Below are positions 1 through 10,099 of a stretch of 62,256 bases of DNA, one piece after another. The stretch lies in contig UYFQ01000028.1 of NCBI GenBank assembly GCA_900617105.1, positions 1-62,256 on the forward strand. Direction: 5' to 3'. The position numbers and the translations under genes were made by a program. The notes beneath the pieces were generated by a model. It searched no databases, had not been told where the DNA came from, and saw only the letters and a program-made list of their open reading frames with translations. Positions within the stretch are counted from its first letter, which is position 1; the number at the start of each line of letters is the position of its first letter. Source of the stretch: Hydrurus foetidus (taxonomy: Eukaryota).

Positions 1-3000
1 CAGACGTGGGAAGTCGCCATGTTGCGCATTATCGCGGTCGTCACGGCGGCGCGTGAGGCAATCCACATGAGCAGGAGTTATGGCAACCCTGACATTGTCT
101 ACTCGTTTCCGAGTACAGCAGTCCTTCCTCCCCGCTCTACTAAAAAGCGGGCGAGCACACTGGCTATCCGTGATGTAGATATCCCAAGTGGAGTAGCAAC
201 CTGGCGGTACGTTCGACACTCGACGAACCGCTAGTGTCCGCTGCCCGGGTTTGTCGCTCATGCGGAAACCCTGCACATATTCTATCAGATTGTACAGTCA
301 TGTACTATTCCGATACCAACAACGATCACGGCTGTAACTGGTCTGATTCGTTTGTAGGTAAGGCATGGCTGGCACAAGGTGAAGTTATGTGGCAGGAGAG
401 ACTCATCCTACCTGGGTTCGAAACCAGGGAGAGATACCACCCTGCAGGGGCACCCCCTTACTTGATGTGCAATAACAAGAAGCACAAGGGTAACCAGGGT
501 GGAGGTAAAGGGTTCAACCCAAATCAGGGAAACCAAAACCAAGGTTCGGGAAACCGTGGGAATCAAAACCAAGGTAACCAGAACCAAGGTTACGGTAACC
601 AAAACAACCAAAACCGCAACCAAGGGAACCCCGGTCCTGCGGGTAACCAAGGTGGTGGCAGAGGGTATCAAGGGAAAAACCCTCGAGGGGGTAGATACAA
701 CCCGCCCCAAGGGGATAACAACGCGAGCGCCGGCTCTGCAAACCAACAAGGTACATATGATCATGATGTCGATTCCTCTGATATCACTGACATACAGCAT
801 TCAGTATCATGCATTACTGCATCTGTCATTCAACCAATTATTCCCGATGAATTTTTGCATGACCCATCAATTCTACCTTCTGACCACCTCAACGTAACGG
901 TTTTGGTACAGGATAAGGATAAGGAGCGCCAATCTAGCGTACGACGCACTGTGGGCAAGGCCGTACTCGATACCGCCAAATACTATGATTGATAAACTCG
1001 ATATGGATTTTGCCTCTTTCACTATGATTGATAAACTGAATGCTAAACATAATTGTTATACAGCTTCTAAAGCCATTACTGTTTGCTCTAGTCTTGATGG
1101 CCATTGCTATATAAATAACGAAATGATTGATTTAATTCTCAAATTTTATTCTTATGACGGCGAATGTCATACCATTCCTTTAACAATGCGGGTTAATAGG
1201 AACACAGATATTGAACTTTTATTAAGTCGGAAAACTGTAAATAAATATGATTTTATGTCATTAACACCTTTCGCTTTTGGCATTTCTCCCGAGCTTAGTG
1301 CCGAGAACAAAAGGAAACGTGATGCTCGTTGGCTCGAGTTTGAAGAAAGGGAAGCGATAGCCAAGCTTGACCCGCTTCACTGGCACAAATACACCAGACG
1401 TGTGATATCTGAGGGTTTTATACCCGAAAAACCGGAAGTGGAGTCTATTACACCAACATACGATATGTTAAAGGGTATCACAAAAGCAAAACTTTCGGAT
1501 CGGAAAGAACCACATGGTCTATGCCCGAAGCCAAAACCAAAGAAGGCCATTCTGCACGCACCTCTAACCAAGGGAGTCGTGGGGTCAGGTTGTCATACAA
1601 CTTTCACGTGTAACGTTACCCAGGATGGTACCAAGGGAGTAGCTACCCAAAGTCCATGTGATGATGTGGGTTGTCAGCAACTGGACAGTGTCTCGACTGT
1701 ACTCGCGAAACGTACGGGTGATACCCCGCACCTAGATGGTGACTCGATTCCCACCCTAACACATACCTCTGGGGACTCTGTTACATCAGACTATGACGTG
1801 GAAACCATATGGCCAAGCGGTGTCGCACTCTCCGTTGACGAGATTGACGATGATAAAACTGATACCTTCGCACCTTTCTTGCGTGACAAGACGTGCCGGA
1901 ATGTACCGCCCAATAGGCCGGATGATTTCTTGTCTCAGATTCATTTTGAAGGAGATGAAAGCCTTCAGAAGAATTTGCGTACTCTCTGTTCAGAATTTGC
2001 TGATATCTTCAGTGATAAGCTAGCTCCGCAAGCTGCTGACCTCAAGCCGTTTGAGATAAATCTGCCACGGCAGAAATGGGAGGTTCCATCGAACCACGCA
2101 CCAGTGCGACCCCAATCCTCTAAAAAGGAATATTATCTCCGCACTTCTATCGAAGAGATGCTGGAAGATGGTGTGATCGAGAGGTCGAACGCTGCATACT
2201 ACAGTCATCCTGTAATGGTAAATAAGACAGCCGATACATATCGAACCTGCATCGATTATCGAGCACTCAATGAATGCATTGAGCCGGCCTCCTTTCCACT
2301 ACTCAATATCAAACACCTCTTTGAGAGGATCGGTAATAAAAAACCGGATATTTATGGGGTGATGGATTTAACCGCGGGTTACCATCAAGCTCCTTTATAT
2401 ACACCCCACCGAATCTATACCGCATTTATATGTTTCATGGGGGTGTTTCAATTCACAAGATTGCCTTTTGGCCCTTGTCGTGCCCCCTCTTACTTTCAAG
2501 AGCAGATGGTGACAACGGTCCTTCACGGTCTCATATACAGCTGTTGCGAGATGTATCTCGATGACTGCACTGTATATGGCCGGGGCAAAGCAGAGTTTCT
2601 TTTGAACTTGAGAAAAGTCTTTGAGAGATTTAGACTTTAAAATCTTAAAATCAAAGCAAAGAAATGCCGATTCGGTCTTAAACGTATCGAATACGTGGGA
2701 CGAGTCATCGACAAAGATGATTTATCCATGTCTAAAGAAAAGATTGAGACAGTGCTCAACTTTCCACTTCCAAAAGAAGTTACGGCATCTTCGGGGATTT
2801 CTTGGCTTAGCCAATTATTTCCGTCAATACGTTCCTTTTCACTCAGAAATGGTAAAACCACTTCACATGATGGTGGACCCAAAGGCGGTTAAACGCTCTC
2901 CAATTTTTTGGACCCTCGAGGGAACAAACGCATTCAATGAGACAAAGATCGCGGTATGTCGTTGTCCATTGATGTATTTCATCGATGAAACCTCACCCAT

Positions 3001-3228
3001 CAGATTATATACTGATGCATCTGATTATGGAATCGGTGGTGTATTATTCCAAGTCATTAATGACGAATGGAAGCCAATCGCTTTTATTAGCAAATCTCTA
3101 TCTGCATCTCAGATTAATTGGTCAACAATACAAAAGGAGGCTTACGCTATCTTTTATTGCTGCCAACAACTCGATTATCTTATTCGAAACAGAAAATTCA
3201 CTTTTTATACTGATCATATGAATTTGAC
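1..3228 (+). mobile_element. Ty3/Gypsy LTR retrotransposon A, internal fragment; runs off the window 5' and is cut in RNase H by the LTR of element B
   Basis: Gag tail, zinc knuckle CRSCGNPAHILSDC, protease AVLDTA, RT (DLTAGYHQ, LPFG, MYLDD), RNase H (YTDASDYGIGG, FYTDH). Homologous throughout to element B. Confidence 0.95.
19..3228 (+). pseudogene. pol: gag-pol polyprotein of element A, frameshifted (ORF pieces 19-234, 234-992, 985-2640, 2621-3228)
   Basis: Consecutive ORF pieces align with element B. Frame breaks near 192, 985 (local 17-bp duplication ACTATGATTGATAAACT), 2638 and 2780. Confidence 0.9.
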
Positions 3229-3437
3229 TGTGGTCGGGCAAATGGAGAAAGGGTGGAAAGAGGAGGTAGGCTTAGTTACAGGTATCTATGCTAGAAGCTA
3301 GGTTAACTTCTAAGTGGACGCTGTAGATGGCTACGACGATACGACAGCCTAACTGTAGTGTACAGTAGTAGTACCCGGTAGGATCCGGTAGAGTCGGTAC
3401 CCGATAGGATCGGGACCCTGGACCCGGTACTATCACA
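3229..3437 (-). repeat. 3' LTR of element B
   Basis: TGTGGTCGGG...TACTATCACA. About 10 substitutions and 1 indel versus 9866-10073. Contains short CCGGTA repeats. Confidence 0.95.
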
Positions 3438-3464
3438 TTACCCCTACTTATCTTTCTTTCTTTC
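3438..3464 (-). other. Polypurine tract of element B
   Basis: Minus strand GAAAGAAAGAAAGATAAGTAGGGGTAA abuts the LTR TG. Core GATAAGTAGGGGTA is shared with element C. Confidence 0.9.
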
Positions 3465-3700
3465 GAAAAAAAATCTAAGCTAAATCTAAACTAAATCGAA
3501 ACCCCCGTTTCTTTGCAAACTTATTTTTATAACTTAATCGAAAAAGAAAATATACAAAAATTTACAAAATCGAAAATTTGAAAAAAATAATAATAAAAGT
3601 GAACATAGAAAAATATTTACAAAAAAAACTTGGAGAAAGTTGGGGTTCGATGTAGAAAGATAAGGTGGGGTTGTACACAACCAGTAAAGTACTGTTGTAC

Positions 3701-3812
3701 GAGGGTCGAAAACGTAATTATGTCAGATTTTTACTGACTAAAAACCATAAAAATCCCTTAGAAAAGGGCAAAAATTAGGCTAAAAAATCTTCAAAAGATA
3801 ATACGTTCGAAC
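3701..3812 (-). ncRNA. Conserved cis-acting structured RNA in the 3' UTR of element B (multi-way junction, U-rich internal loop, A5 hairpin loop; ENE-like)
   Basis: 25-nt and 17-nt blocks are identical to 55230-55254 and 55294-55310 in divergent element C. Intervening and closing helices co-vary. Confidence 0.75.
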
Positions 3813-4422
3813 TCAAACCTCATCGGTTGATCCCTCAAGATTCTTGGGAATAAAACGTGACATGTTATTATTCCGCAAGTATACATGGAGTGCATCACAG
3901 AGCCGGAGATTCTTCCAAGGCTCCCATGTATTATGTGAGTATCATAGTTGAGCCATTTAACATGGAACGACATGGATGTCGGTTTCTTTGAATCACCAGT
4001 GTGATTAAGAACTTTCTCAACGAAATACTCCATGTAATCGCGACGTGCTGTATCAGCAGGTATGCCCAACGATGGGTCATAATTGAAAATCTTTAGATTT
4101 TTCACATGTACACTATTGTGTTTGTGTGTAATTAAGTTCGCGAGAACATACTCGGATCCCTCAAGGGAGACAACACGGAAAGGACCTTTCCACTTTGTGT
4201 GTAATCGAGTTGGGGGTGGTCCTGTTTTACAAGAACATATGACCCTATGGGAAACACTGTCACACCTTGTGTGGACTTTTTGTGTTTGTCATCACATTTC
4301 TGAAGAGAACCGATTGCTGCATCGAGGACCTTGTCCTGTATATCGATGAGATCTGTGATGTATGTTGAATTCGAAGATGTCAACGTTGGTAATAGATGAG
4401 GTGTCAAAATACCCCGATTCAA
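3813..4422 (-). CDS. pol: Integrase C-terminus (GPY/F motif) and chromodomain of element B, frameshifted
   Basis: WKGPFRVV, then YFVEKVLNH..FHVKWLNYD..HNTWEPWKNL. The corrected frame ends ...GSTDEV with TGA at 3813-3815. Confidence 0.85.
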
Positions 4423-6419
4423 ATCAAGTTTATTGCCGAATAAAATCGAAGCAGGACTTGATTTGTTCGTCGATTAACTGAACTGTTAATGATACGTTGA
4501 ACAAATGGTATGCATTTAGCATAGTGTTCAAGAGATGGTGTATCAAACACGAGACCTCGTAAGTGTCTATTCACTTCTTTGTTGACCCTTTCTACAATGG
4601 CATTCTCTTGTGAGGAATAAGCCAAAGTGAGATTATGGGGTGTACCCGTAAGGTCTAAGAACTCTTTAATGAGATCATTAGCGAAGTGGGATCCTCGATC
4701 GGATCTAATCATATTTGGCGATCCAAATCGACCAAAATGAGTCAGTAAGCATTCACATGCAGACTGAGCTGTAGCATCCTTACACCAGAACATTTCTGTC
4801 CATCTGGAGAAGGTGTCAATTATGACAAGAATATACCCTTTATCAGGGAATGGGCCAATATAATCGATATTTAATGTATCGAAAATAGCATGCGTGGAAG
4901 TTGAAAAATGAGCAGCGCTGATATTTGCATCAACTGCACTCAATTTCTGACAGCATGGGCAGTTTCGTATGAACGAGCGTACGTGCTGTTTCATATTTTT
5001 CCACACATGGTTAAGACTAAAGAGTCGAGTGAGGGTACGGTCGATGCCGTTGTGACCAACAATTGCATTGTGGCACATTTGAATGTAAACATTCTGTTCA
5101 TCTGTCGGCGGTTCAATAACCGTTAAAGCCGAAACTGCAAAACATGATGATGAAGAAGATGATACTGGAGTATCACTCTCGGACCTGATTGTCTTAGGCA
5201 GAGCAATTTCGGTAAGATTTGGACATAACCGTGACAGAGCATCGGCAAGTTCATTATCTGACCCTTTGACAAAGTGTACGGTAAAATCAAGTTCTTGCAT
5301 TGCAATGAACCACCGTGTCACCATTGAAGTGGGGTTTTGTTTCATATATGTCAAATTCATATGATCCGTATGTATGGTAAACTTACGGTCTCGAATGAGA
5401 TAATCGAGTTGTTGGCAACAGAAAAAGATAGCATAAGCTTCTTTCTGTATTGTCGACCAATTAATTTGTGTTGCCGATAGAGATTTGCTTATAAAAGCGA
5501 TTGGTCTCCATTCGGTGTCGACAATTTGGAAGAGTACACCACCGATGCCATAATCGGATGCATCAGTATATAATCTGATGGGTGAATCATCATTGATGAA
5601 GTACATTAAAGGACAACGCGATACCGCGATTTTAGTCTCATGAAATGCCAAAGTCCCCTCGGGGGTCCAATATATTGGGGAACGTTTAAGTGCCGTCGGG
5701 TCCACCATCATTTGAAGTGGTTTGACCATGTCCGAATGAAACGGTACAAATTGACGAAAGTAGTTGGCTAAGCCAAGAAATCCACGAAGGGATGTTACTT
5801 CTTTAGGAAGAGGGAAGTTGAGTACTGTCTCAATCTTTTCTTTAGACATGGATAAACCATCTTTGTCTATGACTCGTCCGACGTATTCAATACGTTTGAG
5901 ACCGAATCTGCATTTCTTTGCTTTGAGCTTAAGATTTTTAAGGCGAAATCTTTCAAAAACACTGCGCAGATTCATGAGAAACTCTGCTTCGCCCCGTCCA
6001 TATACGATGCAGTCATCGAGATACATCTCGCAACAGCGGTATATAAGACCGTAAAGGACCATTGTCACCATCTGCTCCTGAAAGTAAGAGGGGGCTCGAC
6101 AAGGGCCAAAAGGCAATCTCGTGAACTGAAACACCCCCATGAAACATATAAATGCGGTATAGATTCGGTGGGGTGTGTACAGAGGTGCTTGGTGGTAACC
6201 CGCGGTTAAATCCATCACTCCGTAAATATCCGGTTTTTTATTACCGATCCTCTCGAAGAGGTGTTTGATATTGGGTAGGGGAAAGGAGGCCGGCTCAATG
6301 CATTCATTGAGTGCACGATAGTCGATGCAGGTTCGATACGTATCGGCTGTCTTATTTACCATTACAGGATGACTGTAGTATGCAGCGTTCGACCTCTCGA
6401 TCACACCATCCTCCAGCAT
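4419..6419 (-). CDS. pol: Pol of element B: reverse transcriptase, RNase H, integrase core
   Basis: MYLDD, YTDASDYG, HHCC (H-x5-H...CPCC), IDYIGP, SDRGSHF, ENAIVERVN. Confidence 0.95.
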   Translation of the reverse strand: MLEDGVIERSNAAYYSHPVMVNKTADTYRTCIDYRALNECIEPASFPLPNIKHLFERIGNKKPDIYGVMDLTAGYHQAPLYTPHRIYTAFICFMGVFQFTRLPFGPCRAPSYFQEQMVTMVLYGLIYRCCEMYLDDCIVYGRGEAEFLMNLRSVFERFRLKNLKLKAKKCRFGLKRIEYVGRVIDKDGLSMSKEKIETVLNFPLPKEVTSLRGFLGLANYFRQFVPFHSDMVKPLQMMVDPTALKRSPIYWTPEGTLAFHETKIAVSRCPLMYFINDDSPIRLYTDASDYGIGGVLFQIVDTEWRPIAFISKSLSATQINWSTIQKEAYAIFFCCQQLDYLIRDRKFTIHTDHMNLTYMKQNPTSMVTRWFIAMQELDFTVHFVKGSDNELADALSRLCPNLTEIALPKTIRSESDTPVSSSSSSCFAVSALTVIEPPTDEQNVYIQMCHNAIVGHNGIDRTLTRLFSLNHVWKNMKQHVRSFIRNCPCCQKLSAVDANISAAHFSTSTHAIFDTLNIDYIGPFPDKGYILVIIDTFSRWTEMFWCKDATAQSACECLLTHFGRFGSPNMIRSDRGSHFANDLIKEFLDLTGTPHNLTLAYSSQENAIVERVNKEVNRHLRGLVFDTPSLEHYAKCIPFVQRIINSSVNRRTNQVLLRFYSAINLI

Positions 6420-8362
6420 TTCTTCAATTGAAGTGCGGAGGTAATGTTCCTTTTAGAGGATTGTGGGCGCACTGGTGTGCGGTTCGAAGGAACCTCCCAT
6501 TTTTGCCTAGGCAAATTGATCTCAAAAGGTTTGAGATGTGCAGCTTGCGGGGCTAGCTTATCACTGAAAATATCAGCGAATTCTGAACAGAGAGTACGCA
6601 AATCCTTCTGAAGGCTTTCATCTCCCTCAAAATGAATTTGTGACAAAAAATCATCCGGCCCATTGGGCGGTACATTTCGGCACGTCTTGTCACGCAAGAA
6701 AGGTGCGAAAGTGTCAGTCTTGTCATTGTCAATCTCGTCAACGGAGAGTGCGACACCGCTTGGCCATACGGCTTCCACGTCATAGTCTGATGTAGCAGAG
6801 TCCCCAGAGGTATGTGTGAGGGTGGGAATCGAGTCACCACCTAGGTGCGGGGTATCACCCGTACGTTTCGCGAGTACAGTCGAGACACTGTCCAGTCGCT
6901 GACAACCCACATCACCACATGGACTTTGGGTCATGACTCCCTCGGAACCAACCTGGGTAACGCCACACGTGAACGTTGCATGACAGTCTGACCCCACGAC
7001 TTCCTTGGTTAGAGGTGCGTGCAAAATGGCCTTCGTTGGTTTTGGCTTTGGGCAAAGGCCGTATGGTTCTCTTTTAAGAGCGAGTTTCGTCTGAGTGATT
7101 CCCTTCAACAAATCATATGTTGGGGTAATCGACTCTACCTCTGGTTCTTCGGGTAGAACTCCCTCCGATATCATACGCCTGGTGTATTTGCTCCAGTGTA
7201 GTGGGTCAAGCTTTGTTATTGCTTCCCTTTCTTGATATTCGCGCCAACGAATATCTCTTTTCCTTTTGTTCTCCGCACTGAGCTCAGGAGAGATACCAAA
7301 AGCAAAAGGTGTTAATGACATAAAATCATATTTATTTACAGTGTTGCGACTTAACAAAAGTTCAATATCTGTATTCCGATTAACTCGCAAGGTTAAAAGG
7401 ATTTTGTGACATTCGCCGTCATAAGAATGAAACTGGAGAGTTAAATTAATGAGTTCGTTATTTATATAGCAATGGCCATCAAGACCAGAGCAAACAGTTA
7501 TGGCTTTAGGAGCCTCATAACAGAGATGCATAGCATTTAATTTTTGAATCATAATGAAAGAAATAAAATCCTCAGAATAATTGGCGGTGTCCAACACGGC
7601 CTTGCCCACGATGCGTCGTACGCTAGTCTGGATGTCCGTATCCTTATCCTGTACCGAAACAGTAACGTTTAAGTAATTAGAAGGAAGGGTAGACGGGTCA
7701 TGCAAATATTCATCTTGAATAAGCGTTGGAAGTGTATCGACATGTGAAATGAACGATACAACATCCGGTAGGTTTAAAATGTCAGATGAATCAACATCAT
7801 AATCATTTATACCTTGATTTTGTCCCGCTGAATCGGAAGACGAGTTGGGTCCCCCCTGGGGTGGGTTGTATTTACCCCCACGGGGATTTTTCCCTTGGTA
7901 TCCTCTACCAGAGTTTTGGTTACCCGGGTTATTACCTTGGTTACCGCGGTTATTACCTTGGTAACCGGAATTACCCTGGTTGTTTTGGTTACCCTGGTTG
8001 TTACCCTGGTTGTTACCTTGGTTGTTACCTTGGTTGTTACCTTGGTTACCGCGGTTATTACCTTGGTTACCCTGGTTGGGGTTGTTTTGGTTACCCGACC
8101 CATGGTTATTCTTTGACTTCTTGTTAGTGAACATCAAGAAGGGAGGGGAACCTGCGGGGTGGTGCCGCTGACGGTTTTCGTAGCCAGGAAGGATTAACCG
8201 TTCCTGCCACATGGGTTCACCGTTGGCTAACCATGCCTGCCCCACAGCTGATTCAGCCCATTGAATGGAGTGATCATTGTTGGTGTCAGTGTAATATAAC
8301 ACCGGGCATGCGGGAAGCATGTGAGCAGGACTGCCACACGAGCGGCAGACTCGAGGAGCCAC
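6401..8362 (-). CDS. Gag-Pol middle of element B: zinc knuckle, N/Q/G-rich tract, aspartic protease, PR-RT spacer
   Basis: CRSCGSPAHMLPAC, (GNNQ)n, AVLDTANYSEDFIS. Joined to RT by a 1-nt loss in an A-run near 6453; element A is open there (SKKEYYLR). Confidence 0.9.
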   Translation of the reverse strand: MAPRVCRSCGSPAHMLPACPVLYYTDTNNDHSIQWAESAVGQAWLANGEPMWQERLILPGYENRQRHHPAGSPPFLMFTNKKSKNNHGSGNQNNPNQGNQGNNRGNQGNNQGNNQGNNQGNNQGNQNNQGNSGYQGNNRGNQGNNPGNQNSGRGYQGKNPRGGKYNPPQGGPNSSSDSAGQNQGINDYDVDSSDILNLPDVVSFISHVDTLPTLIQDEYLHDPSTLPSNYLNVTVSVQDKDTDIQTSVRRIVGKAVLDTANYSEDFISFIMIQKLNAMHLCYEAPKAITVCSGLDGHCYINNELINLTLQFHSYDGECHKILLTLRVNRNTDIELLLSRNTVNKYDFMSLTPFAFGISPELSAENKRKRDIRWREYQEREAITKLDPLHWSKYTRRMISEGVLPEEPEVESITPTYDLLKGITQTKLALKREPYGLCPKPKPTKAILHAPLTKEVVGSDCHATFTCGVTQVGSEGVMTQSPCGDVGCQRLDSVSTVLAKRTGDTPHLGGDSIPTLTHTSGDSATSDYDVEAVWPSGVALSVDEIDNDKTDTFAPFLRDKTCRNVPPNGPDDFLSQIHFEGDESLQKDLRTLCSEFADIFSDKLAPQAAHLKPFEINLPRQKWEVPSNRTPVRPQSSKRNITSALQLKKCWRMV

Positions 8363-9294
8363 TGGGGAACCTCCAATGAGGTACGAACCGCTAGAGAGCT
8401 GTTGCCGCTTGGTGGATCCACATCGCGAATCGCGAGTGTACTCTCCCTCTTCTGTGATGAACGTAGAGGGGGTACTGCGGTACTCGGGAACGAGTAGATG
8501 AGATCAGGATTGCCGTAGCTCCTGCTCATTCGAATGGCTTCTCGCGCCGCGGAGACGACGGAGATGAGGCGCATCATGGCGGCCTCCCATGTAGGAGGTG
8601 ACTGCGTGTCAAGCCTCTTAGACTCAAAGTAGTCTGATTGGATACGACTGCCACGAGCAAGTCGTCTCTCCAAAATTGTTATCAACTCGTTCTGTTGGTT
8701 TGGAGTGATACGGCGAGTGCGCTCGTAATTGGTTATCAATTCCTTGTACGCCATGTACGTACTCAACTCTTCCTCATCGGAATTGAGTGAGTAATGGAAT
8801 GGTACCTTAGCGAAAAGTTCCGCGAGGGTATGATCTGCATGGTCTCGTTGTTTATTCGAGCCAAAATACTGCATGATTAGTTTCGCAACAAAATCAATGT
8901 CAAGTATATTCTGCCATTCGAACTTCTGTTCCATTGTCAGAGACGATGGAGCAGCGTCTGTCATAATCTTGACATGTAGCAAATCAATCGCTTGACGTTG
9001 CATGCATTCATTAATGCGTAGACGAGGCAGCCGTTGAGCCTGCTCGAAGAAGCTCTCAGCGTCTTGCGGAGTGATGTAATCGCCTTTTAAGACGAATATC
9101 TCTCGCTGCATCTGCATAGTCTGTGGGAACAGTATAGTCTGAGCCACTGAAGACTGTGAGGTTTGGGTGGCATTTAAAATACCCCCGTCCTCTTCTAGTG
9201 TTTCCTCTTCCTCAGTTTCATCAGCTGGAGGATGTTCGAGGAGTTTACCCTCATCGTCATAGCGAGGGTAAGATGCTTCTTCGTCATCGGCCAT
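8227..9294 (-). CDS. gag: Gag N-terminal (capsid-like) region of element B
   Basis: First long ORF after the 5' LTR and leader. Similar to element C (AESFFEQAQR/AREFFEHSQR, WEAAMMR/WEFAMRR, YGNPD/FGDPN). Confidence 0.85.
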   Translation of the reverse strand: MADDEEASYPRYDDEGKLLEHPPADETEEEETLEEDGGILNATQTSQSSVAQTILFPQTMQMQREIFVLKGDYITPQDAESFFEQAQRLPRLRINECMQRQAIDLLHVKIMTDAAPSSLTMEQKFEWQNILDIDFVAKLIMQYFGSNKQRDHADHTLAELFAKVPFHYSLNSDEEELSTYMAYKELITNYERTRRITPNQQNELITILERRLARGSRIQSDYFESKRLDTQSPPTWEAAMMRLISVVSAAREAIRMSRSYGNPDLIYSFPSTAVPPLRSSQKRESTLAIRDVDPPSGNSSLAVRTSLEVPQWLLESAARVAVLLTCFPHARCYITLTPTMITPFNGLNQLWGRHG

Positions 9295-9865
9295 GGTATA
9301 TGACTTCGAGACGTTATAATTCCGTCAAAGGCTAAGCAACGAAGGGATCTCGGCGTCAAAAATTTTGCCAGAGCTTCGCCTTGTTAGCTTTGAGGGTACT
9401 TTACGCAAGTAACAGCGAATAAGTTGATTTCAACCAACTCTTGTTGAGAAAATCTCTTAGGCGTGAAAGCCAATTTTGAGTGGTGAAGATTTTTGGTGTC
9501 CGTAAAGGATGAAGGAAGTAATTCCCACCAGCCAAAAGAAGTCGGTAGACTAATTTGGTGTCGGTAGCAATGAATCCAATGTTCAAATTGCTACCCGACG
9601 AGTTTGAGAATGTCGAGTGGTGAAGGCTTTCGCGAATTCAACCAACTACGACTTTGGAGACACCAATAATGGGTTCCAATATGAAAGAGGCTAAGCCCAA
9701 CTTTCGCTAACTTAAACCTAAGTTCTTGGAGCGTAGCTCAGCAAGAATTCGACTCCGCAGATGTCGAGAGTAATAATACTCGGTTGTTGGAAGTCTTAAC
9801 TAAAGTTGGGACGAGTAGATGGGAATTAGAGGCAGCAGAAATTTTCCCGAGGATAATAGATCTAT

Positions 9866-10073
9866 TGTGGTCGGGCAAATGGAGAGAGGGTGGCGAGAAG
9901 AGGTAGGCTTAGTTACAGGGGTCTATGCTAGAAGCTAGTTAACTTCTAAGTGGACGCTGTAGATGGCTACGACGATACGACAGCCCAACTGTAGTGTACA
10001 GTAGTAGTACCCGGTAGGATCCGGTAGAGTCGGTACCTGGTAGGATCGGGACCTTGGACCCGGTACTATCACA
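9866..10073 (-). repeat. 5' LTR of element B
   Basis: Direct repeat of 3229-3437 with TG...CA termini. Confidence 0.95.
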
Positions 10074-10099
10074 GACTCCCCACCCAGAAAATGATACCC

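Larger units (their letters stand above)
3229..10073 (-). mobile_element. Full-length Ty3/Gypsy chromovirus B with two ~208-bp LTRs
   Basis: Direct repeats with TG...CA ends at 3229-3437 and 9866-10073. PPT next to the 3' LTR. Domain order gag-PR-RT-RH-IN-chromodomain. Confidence 0.97.

Noticed and set aside
3226..3228. 3-bp TSD GAC around element B
   Set aside because: Too short for Gypsy integrases, and the two flanks come from different sequences.
6401..6460. Separate protease and RT ORFs in element B
   Set aside because: One A is missing from a homopolymer; element A reads straight through.
8340..8400. Programmed -1 frameshift between gag and pol in element B (and near 192-234 in A)
   Set aside because: The frame breaks fall at different positions in A and B, there is no canonical slippery heptamer, and element C is one open frame. 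These are indels or sequencing errors.
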